From an uncultured Chloroflexia bacterium (GTDB taxonomy: Bacteria > Chloroflexota > Ktedonobacteria > Ktedonobacterales > JADMIN01), in assembly GCA_963718915.1 (NCBI GenBank), contig CAVRAI010000002.1, forward strand, positions 1 to 16,881: 16,881 nucleotides of DNA. Direction: 5' to 3'. The first letter of the stretch is position 1, and each line of letters begins with the position of its first letter. The notes under the pieces are model-generated. The model worked only from the letters and a program-made list of their open reading frames with translations, was not told the DNA's origin and did no database searches. Both the position numbers and the translations under genes were made by a program. Shown one piece after another: positions 7,314 through 12,761 of this stretch.

Positions 7314-7510
7314 CACACACAGGAGCGGCAACAGCCGCATCAGTCAGTTCGAGCAACTCATCGTCCAGTTCCAGCTCAAGCAGTGGTTCGGACGATTCCA
7401 GCAGTTCCAGTAGCGCATCCGATAGCGGATCGAGCAGTTCAAGCAGCTCCGGCTCGATCATCACCGCACCAAGCCTGGGCGGCTCCAACTCCAGCACAGG
7501 GACATCTTAG
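7226..7510 (+). CDS. Tentative: small protein with N-terminal Arg-rich segment + TM/signal-like helix and a poly-Ser tail (94 aa). It may instead be a frameshifted C-terminal extension of the reductase.
   Basis: The frame is open from 7151. GTG at 7226 has no Shine-Dalgarno and overlaps the reductase frame by 88 nt. The product is AARLAARRGLRAGVAAATLGLFAGMWGLTHTGAA, then about 39 codons dominated by Ser (7340-7456), then IITAPSLGGSNSSTGTS. The hydrophobic segment looks protein-like, unlike the overlapping frame. Confidence 0.4.
   Translation: MAARLAARRGLRAGVAAATLGLFAGMWGLTHTGAATAASVSSSNSSSSSSSSSGSDDSSSSSSASDSGSSSSSSSGSIITAPSLGGSNSSTGTS
7340..7456 (+). repeat. Low-complexity Ser-codon tract (mixed AGC/AGT/TCN codons with interspersed G/D/N/A)
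   Basis: Direct reading: tca gtc agt tcg agc aac tca tcg tcc agt tcc agc tca agc agt ggt tcg gac gat tcc agc agt tcc agt agc gca tcc gat agc gga tcg agc agt tca agc agc tcc ggc tcg. Codon choice is heterogeneous. This is not a simple microsatellite. Confidence 0.8.
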
Positions 7511-7625
7511 GAGGCGTGGGCCCCCACCCACTAACCCCCGTCCTGCGGATTGCTATCGCTCCGTGCGAGGAGAGGTGGGAGCAGAGGGCATACACTCTGG
7601 CTCCCCTCCCTTTTAGGGGGCAGCC
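7511..7625. repeat. GC-rich hairpin-forming intergenic sequence (REP-like), same style as 10-102
   Basis: gggagcagag-ggcataca-ctct(g)gctccc (7577-7605), followed by cccct-ccctttt-agggg. G/C-tract composition (gggcccccacccac at 7518-7531). Lies between the poly-Ser ORF and apbE. Confidence 0.4.
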
Positions 7626-7732
7626 GCGCGAGCCGTCAGGCGAGAAGCGCGCGACGAGCGCGCGGAGCGGCAGCGGGCCGGAGGAGAGGGCCGTAGCCTT
7701 GCACACAACGACCGAAATGGACGTGATAGAAG

Positions 7733-9028
7733 ATGACAACTTACCCACCCTTCGGTGGACTCTCCACCGTTTCGATAGATGATACCGATAACCTTGCGGA
7801 CGAGCGCTACGAGCTGGTACAGCGCCGCGGGCGTCCGATGGCAACGGATGTGAGCGTGCGGATTGCCGTTCCGCCAGTGCGCTGGGCCGAGGCAGCGGCA
7901 GCCGCCGACGCCTGCATGGACTGGTTCGATGAGGTTGACGCGCGCCTCTCGCGCTTCCGACCCGAGAGCGAGCTGAGCCGTCTCAATGCCGCTGCGGGCG
8001 ATTGGTTCGCCGCCTCCGATGTGCTCTATGAGTGCGCCGCCCTGGCGATAGAGTCCGCTGAATGCAGCGGCGGGCTCTTCGACCCCACGATGCTGCGCCA
8101 GTTGTGCGAGCTTGGCTATGACCGCGACTTCGCCGCCATCGAACATCGCGAGGCGCCAGATCAGGCGAGCCGTAGCGTAAACGCTACGGCGAATGGGAGT
8201 ACAGTAGAGCAGGGAAATTCGCTGGTAGCCTCCGGCATGTCACCCCAAACCAGACCAGCCCACGCGAAACCAGTACCACATGCTGCCTGGCGCGCCATCG
8301 CGCTCGATCCACGACGCAGGCGGATACGACTTCCCGCCGGGGTCTACCTGGATTTCGGTGGCATCGCCAAAGGCTGGGCGGCTGATGTCGCGCTGGCCCG
8401 CTACTGCGCCACGTTTTCCGGCGCGCTCGTCAACGTCGGCGGCGACCTGCGCGCGCAGGGTGGGCCGCAACCAGGCGAACTCTGGTCGGTGGGCATCCGC
8501 GACCCACGCCTGGAGCTGTCGGGCATAGACGATCCGGCTACCCATCTGGCGACCGCACGGCTGAGTCGCGGCGCGATGGCGACCTCCGGCGCGGTGCGGC
8601 GCTGGTGGCTGCGCGACGGCCAGCGCCAGCATCATCTGCTCGACCCGCGCACCGGCCAGCCGATACCGCTCTGGACCGCGGGCGGTGACGAGCCAGACTC
8701 GCTGATCGCGACGGCAACGGCATTCGCCCCGACGGCGGCGCAGGCAGAGGTTGCCGCCAAAGTCGCGCTGCTGCGGGGCTATCCCGGCGCGCTCGCAGCC
8801 GTCGAGTCTGCCTGGAAGAGCTACGGCGCGCTTGGCCCCCATAGCGATGGCGACGCCGGGGTCGCGCTGGCGCTGGTCTTCGGCACAGGCGAGATCGTCT
8901 TCTCGCGCAATTTGAACGAGTATCTCGCCACCTGGGGAACTCAGGGCGCGATGCTGCCAATGATGGTGCGTTCGGCGCTTCCACCGCTCACCCTCGCCGA
9001 AATTCGCCAACTGGAGCAGAGATCATGA
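7733..9028 (+). CDS. apbE: FAD:protein FMN transferase (ApbE/Ftp family), no signal peptide, with an internal ~30-aa insertion
   Basis: ApbE hallmarks: RPMATDVSVRI (MGT-type first strand), LSRFRPESELSRLN, LDFGGIAKGWAAD, VNVGGDL, MATSGAVRRWW, HHLLDPRTGQP. The N-terminus (MTTYPPFGGLSTVSIDDTDNLADERYELV) has no hydrophobic leader or lipobox. 72 aa separate GYDRDF from LDFGG. From memory, not a measured alignment, related ApbE proteins have roughly 40 aa here. Confidence 0.85.
   Translation: MTTYPPFGGLSTVSIDDTDNLADERYELVQRRGRPMATDVSVRIAVPPVRWAEAAAAADACMDWFDEVDARLSRFRPESELSRLNAAAGDWFAASDVLYECAALAIESAECSGGLFDPTMLRQLCELGYDRDFAAIEHREAPDQASRSVNATANGSTVEQGNSLVASGMSPQTRPAHAKPVPHAAWRAIALDPRRRRIRLPAGVYLDFGGIAKGWAADVALARYCATFSGALVNVGGDLRAQGGPQPGELWSVGIRDPRLELSGIDDPATHLATARLSRGAMATSGAVRRWWLRDGQRQHHLLDPRTGQPIPLWTAGGDEPDSLIATATAFAPTAAQAEVAAKVALLRGYPGALAAVESAWKSYGALGPHSDGDAGVALALVFGTGEIVFSRNLNEYLATWGTQGAMLPMMVRSALPPLTLAEIRQLEQRS
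8170..8265 (+). repeat. Copy of the element-A core module embedded in frame within apbE
   Basis: ccgtagcg-taaa-cgctacgg (8170-8189) corresponds to ccgtagtg-tgaa-cgctacgg (4628-4647). The 15-nt stretch aacgctacggcgaat is identical in both. A second stem, gcgaat/attcgc (8189-8194 / 8217-8222), corresponds to gcgaat/atttgc in A (a G-T wobble). gctggtagcctccggcatgtc (8221-8241) matches gctggcaggctccggcacgtc (4674-4694) at 18 of 21 positions. It translates as SRSVNATANGSTVEQGNSLVASGMSPQTRPAH. Confidence 0.6.
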
Positions 9029-9663
9029 ACATATTCACGTCGCTCTCGTCGCTGAGCATCACGCTGGCGGCGACCAGCGCAACCACCAACCCGTTCTTAT
9101 GGTACGTCACCCGCGCGGCGGCGACCTCCGCTTATATCACCCTCTCCATCACCGTCATCATCGGGCTGTTCCGCTCGCTGGCGCGCGTCTCGCGGCTGCG
9201 CAACACGCGGATACTCTGGCTGCTGGATGAACTGCATCCCTATCTGGCGGTGCTCACGCTGGCGCTGGTGGTCTTCCACCTGCTCTCGCTGATCTTCGAT
9301 CCACTCATCCCGTTCTCGTTGCTCAACCTGCTGCTGCCCTTCGAGCAACCCTACCGGCCGCTGGCGGTCGATCTGGGCGTGCTGGCGCTCTACGGGCTGG
9401 CGGTGGTCTGGCTCAGCTCGTGGGTGAAGCGACGTATCGCCTACGCAAGCTGGCGCGCGCTGCACTATACCAGCTTCGCCGCGTTCGTCCTGGTGACGCT
9501 CCACGGCATCTTCGCGGGCAGCGACTCCGGCGAGCCGTGGATGCGCGTGCTCTACATTGGCATCTCTGGCGCGGTGACGCTTCTCATCCTTACCCGCATC
9601 TTCTGGCCGGAGGCGCGACAGAGCAACACATCGCGCGTCGCGCCCGCTCGCCGCGGACGATAA
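9025..9663 (+). CDS. Ferric-reductase-domain (FRD; NOX/FRE/MsrQ-like) bis-heme b membrane protein (212 aa)
   Basis: The ATG at 9025 overlaps the apbE stop (ATGA, 9025-9028), with GGAG at 9013-9016. Five to six TM helices. His71/His85 fall in one helix (H-x13-H) and His147/His160 in another (H-x12-H). The N-terminal FLWYVTRAAATSAYITL motif is typical of PF01794-type proteins. Confidence 0.8.
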   Translation: MNIFTSLSSLSITLAATSATTNPFLWYVTRAAATSAYITLSITVIIGLFRSLARVSRLRNTRILWLLDELHPYLAVLTLALVVFHLLSLIFDPLIPFSLLNLLLPFEQPYRPLAVDLGVLALYGLAVVWLSSWVKRRIAYASWRALHYTSFAAFVLVTLHGIFAGSDSGEPWMRVLYIGISGAVTLLILTRIFWPEARQSNTSRVAPARRGR

Positions 9664-9803
9664 GCGCATGGAGCGCTGTAGCCGTGCTATGAACGCGCAG
9701 TAGCGGTATGGTGGGCGCGCCGCCGACTGAAACCCTGCGGCTAATCCCAGCCGTTCGGGATCCTGCTGAGAGGCGAAGGAATCCTGGATGAAGGGGGATT
9801 AAC

Positions 9804-10069
9804 CGCAGCCTGATGTAGTTGTAGAAATTACGAGGGACACGCGCGGGGCAGCGCGGGCGGTTGAAACCGCGCCTGAAGAGCCTGCGGCCACGAAGTCCGC
9901 CGACGCGGACTGCCCAGACCGTGTCCCAACGAGATACGCGGTGGCGAGCGGTTCTGTGCAACCTGCGCAGGCAGGTTTTGTGGCCGGAGGCCACCGAGGC
10001 GCGGTTTCAACCGCCCGCGTACGGCAGAGCACTGTCCTCAGTAATTTGTAAAACTGCATTCATGCCGCG
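9804..10069. mobile_element. Element C (~266 bp): complete TIR-bounded non-autonomous element carrying an inverted pair of the ~75-nt double-hairpin unit
   Basis: Left end, read inward: cgcagcctgatgtagttgtagaaattacgagggacacgcg. Right end, read inward as reverse complement: cgcggcatgaatgcagttttacaaattactgaggacagtg. The left unit has gcggtt-ga-aaccgc (9857-9870) and gtccgc-cgac-gcggac (9895-9910). The inverted right unit has acctgc-gcag-gcaggt (9961-9976) and gcggtt-tc-aaccgc (10001-10014). The left unit is nearly identical to 4781-4858 in element B. Confidence 0.6.
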
Positions 10070-10310
10070 AAGGTGGAGCATTTCACATCTCCATGCCCGC
10101 TTCCTATTATGAGAGAACACTCATCGGACTCAAATATAACCTGAATGTTGCGCCGGTACAGTGGCAGAGAAACGTCCCGCACAAGCGGGTGGATACCTCA
10201 TTCACCGCACTCGATAGACTCAATACTCATGTCGCCGCATCTCGTTCATCCAGTCATGCCACGATCAGCGTATGATTGGATGACTCAACCAACGACCACA
10301 GGAGCACGCT

Positions 10311-12611
10311 ATGGCAACCGATATCGCCCCACCAGCGCTCGACGATGGCGCTGGTACGCCGACCTCGACATTTCACTCGCTCACCGCGCGGCTGCGCGCG
10401 TTCTGGGCGCCACGCCGACGGCAGGCGCTCGCGCTGATCCTGTTGCTGGCCGCCTTCACCAACTTCTACGAGCTTCAGCGCAACGGCTACGCCAACCTCT
10501 ACTACGCGGCGGCTATCCGCAGCATGCTGGAGAACTGGCATAACTTCTTCTTCGTCTCCTTTGATCCAGCGGGCTTCGTCAGCGTCGATAAGCCGCCGCT
10601 CGGCTTCTGGATTCAGACGGCCAGCGCCAAGCTGCTAGGCTATAGCGGCTTCAGCATCCTGCTGCCCGAGGCGCTCGCGGGCGTGGCATCGGTCGGCGTG
10701 CTCTATCTCGTCGTCCGGCGTGTCTTTGGCGCGGGCGCGGGGCTGCTGGCGGCGCTCTTCCTGGCCATCACGCCGATCAGCGTCGTCACCAACCGCAACA
10801 ACACTATCGACAGCCTGCTCGTGCTGACAGTGCTACTGGGCGCCTACGCGATGACGCGCGCTGTGGAGCGGGGTAGCCTGCGCTGGCTATTGCTGGCGGC
10901 GGTGCTGGTGGGCCTGGGATTCAACATCAAGATGCTCGAAGCCTATCTGGTGGTTCCGGCCTTCCTGGTGATGTATCTGCTCGGCGCGCCATTGCGCTGG
11001 CGCACACGCCTCTGGCATCTGGCAGTCTCAGGCGCGGTGATGGTCGCCCTCTCATTGGCCTGGGTGATCGCCGTTGACCTGACGCCCGCCTCGGCGCGCC
11101 CCTACGTCGGATCCAGCGGCACGAACTCCGAGCTTGATCTGGCGCTCGGCTACAACGGCATCCAGCGGCTGCTGGGCATGGTCTTCGGGCGCGGCGGCGG
11201 CTCAACCTCCGGCTCGTCCATCATCTCGGCCATCACCAGCGGAACCGCTGCGGTTGGCGGGCCAGGCGGCGCTTCCGAGAACGGCGTGCCGGGCCTCTTC
11301 CGGCTACTGAACACGCAGCTTGGCGGCCAGGTGAGCTGGCTGCTCGCGCTCGGCGTCGTCGGGCTGCTGGCGACGGGCTGGGGCATCCGCTGGAACGGTC
11401 AGTCGCTCGTCGCGCACGTGCGATCCTGGTTCCGTTCGGCGGAGGCGCGGCGCAACGCCCACCTGACGCCGCAACAGTCGGCGCTCGCGCTCTGGGGCGG
11501 CTGGACGCTGACGATGGCCGTCTTCTTCAGCGTCGCGGGCTTCTTCCACACCTACTACCTCTCGATGCTCGCGCCGGGCATCGCCGCCCTGGCCGCTATC
11601 GGGCTGACACTGCTCTGGCGCGACTATCGCGCGGCGGGCTGGCATGGCTATCTGCTGCCGTTGGCGCTGGCCTTCACGGCGCTCATCCAGGCCGTCATCC
11701 TGGCGGACTACACCGGCTGGAATGGCTGGATGACGCCGCTAATCGTGGGCGGCTCGTTGTTGATCGCCGCGCTGCTGGTCTGGTGGCGTTACACGCGGGT
11801 GGCCACGCCCACGCTGCTTGCTCAGGATGGCGAGGTGGTCGAGGCGCTCGCGGCTCCGGTCTATACGCCGCGCAATACGCTCGTGGAACGCATCGCCCGC
11901 TCGTCGGCGATTGCGGTAGTGGCAACGGCGCTCGGCGTCGCGCTGCTGCTCCTCGGCCCGGCGACCTGGGTGGGCGTCTCGCTGGCAAGCGGCGCGGGCG
12001 GGACGCTGCCGACGGCAGGGCCATCGGCGAATCTGGCGCAGCGCGGCGGCAACGGTGGCGGGACGCAAGGTCTCGGCGGCGGCTTTCCCAACGGCTTTAT
12101 CCCCGGCGGCCCGCGCAATGGCGGCCTGGGCGGCTTCCCACCAGCATTCGGAGAGCAGGGCAACGGGCAGTTTGGGCAGGGCAACGGCGGCGTGAGCGGC
12201 GCGGCCAGTGGTGGCCCCGCCAACGGCAATGGCGGGCAGAGCTTGCAGGTGAACGAGCAGTTGCTCGCCTATCTGGAGGCGCATCGCGGCTCGGCACGCT
12301 ACCTCCTCGCGACGCTCAACTCGCAGACGGCGGCGCCCTACATCATCGCGAGCGGCCAGCCTGTCATCGCGCTGGGCGGCTTCAACGGCTCCGACCAGAT
12401 TCTGAGCGTGAGCCAACTTCAGGCGCTGGTCAACTCAGGCGCCATTCGCTACTTCCTGCTGGATGGCGGCGGTGGCGGCGGTGGCGGCGGTGGCGGCGGC
12501 AACGGTCAACTGGTGAGCTGGGTCACGTCCAACTGCACGCAGGTCTCGGCGAGCGCGTACGGCGGCGCGTCATCCGGCGGCACGCTCTACGCCTGTTCAT
12601 CGGCGGGATAG
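10311..12611 (+). CDS. GT-C fold glycosyltransferase, family 39 (ArnT/PMT-like), with Gly-rich linker and C-terminal extracytoplasmic domain (766 aa)
   Basis: AGGAG (10300-10304) is followed by a 6-nt spacer and ATG. N-terminal signature: NLYYAAAIRSMLENWHNFFFVSFDPAGFVSVDKPPLGFW, plus at least 10 TM helices. Gly/Asn/Gln-rich linker: GGNGGGTQGLGGGFPNGFIPGGPRNGGLGGFP. C-terminal module: ARYLLATLNSQTAAPYIIASGQPVIALGGFNGSDQILSVSQLQALVNSGAIRYFLL. Confidence 0.85.
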   Translation: MATDIAPPALDDGAGTPTSTFHSLTARLRAFWAPRRRQALALILLLAAFTNFYELQRNGYANLYYAAAIRSMLENWHNFFFVSFDPAGFVSVDKPPLGFWIQTASAKLLGYSGFSILLPEALAGVASVGVLYLVVRRVFGAGAGLLAALFLAITPISVVTNRNNTIDSLLVLTVLLGAYAMTRAVERGSLRWLLLAAVLVGLGFNIKMLEAYLVVPAFLVMYLLGAPLRWRTRLWHLAVSGAVMVALSLAWVIAVDLTPASARPYVGSSGTNSELDLALGYNGIQRLLGMVFGRGGGSTSGSSIISAITSGTAAVGGPGGASENGVPGLFRLLNTQLGGQVSWLLALGVVGLLATGWGIRWNGQSLVAHVRSWFRSAEARRNAHLTPQQSALALWGGWTLTMAVFFSVAGFFHTYYLSMLAPGIAALAAIGLTLLWRDYRAAGWHGYLLPLALAFTALIQAVILADYTGWNGWMTPLIVGGSLLIAALLVWWRYTRVATPTLLAQDGEVVEALAAPVYTPRNTLVERIARSSAIAVVATALGVALLLLGPATWVGVSLASGAGGTLPTAGPSANLAQRGGNGGGTQGLGGGFPNGFIPGGPRNGGLGGFPPAFGEQGNGQFGQGNGGVSGAASGGPANGNGGQSLQVNEQLLAYLEAHRGSARYLLATLNSQTAAPYIIASGQPVIALGGFNGSDQILSVSQLQALVNSGAIRYFLLDGGGGGGGGGGGGNGQLVSWVTSNCTQVSASAYGGASSGGTLYACSSAG
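12465..12500 (+). repeat. Tandem 9-bp repeat (ggcggcggt) x3 plus ggcggcggc, encoding a 12-residue poly-Gly run inside the GT39 gene
   Basis: Direct reading: ggc ggc ggt ggc ggc ggt ggc ggc ggt ggc ggc ggc, in frame with 10311. Flanked by LLD and NGQLVSW. Confidence 0.9.
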
Positions 12612-12635
12612 CGGCGCTCACTCACACCGCACGAC

Positions 12636-12683
12636 AGCCCCATTTCGGCGGATGGACGATTGAATCGTCCGCTGGGTGGGGCT
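12636..12683. terminator. Nested stem-loop between the convergent glycosyltransferase genes (possible bidirectional terminator or mRNA-end stabiliser)
   Basis: Outer stem agcccca/tggggct (12636-12642 / 12677-12683). Inner stem ggacga-ttgaa-tcgtcc (12654-12670). No U-tract on either strand, so it is not a canonical intrinsic terminator. Confidence 0.3.
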
Positions 12684-12761
12684 ATCTCGTTATCCGCGCG
12701 CGTTTGACGCCTGGGTGACTGACGGCATCCTCGGCGATGACCCTCTTTGGCTTACTCAGGC

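Noticed and set aside
7222-7497. The minus-strand ORF (91 aa, Leu/Glu-rich: LLELLESSEPLLELELDDELLEL) opposite the poly-Ser tract.
   Set aside because: It is the mirror image of Ser codons (AGC/TCN antisense gives GCT/NGA, i.e. Leu/Glu/Asp). It has no start context and is an artefact of the low-complexity tract.
9851-10020. The motifs ggttgaaaccgc / gcggtttcaaccgc resemble the GTTGAAAC / GTTTCAAC termini of some CRISPR repeats.
   Set aside because: There are only four copies in the window, arranged as inverted pairs rather than direct repeats. There are no regularly spaced unique spacers and no cas genes. The architecture is a long palindrome, not an array.
11783-12718. Long alternative-frame and antisense ORFs within real genes: 11783-12718(+), 11739-12416(-), 3850-4497(+), 5112-5813(+), 5167-5772(-), 8240-9010(-), 13599-14312(+), 14206-14967(+), 15775-16587(-), 7613-8146(-), 9097-9669(-).
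   Set aside because: All overlap genes with strong family motifs. Their products are Arg/Pro/Gly/Ala-rich low-complexity sequences typical of off-frame translation of high-GC DNA. None has a Shine-Dalgarno site.
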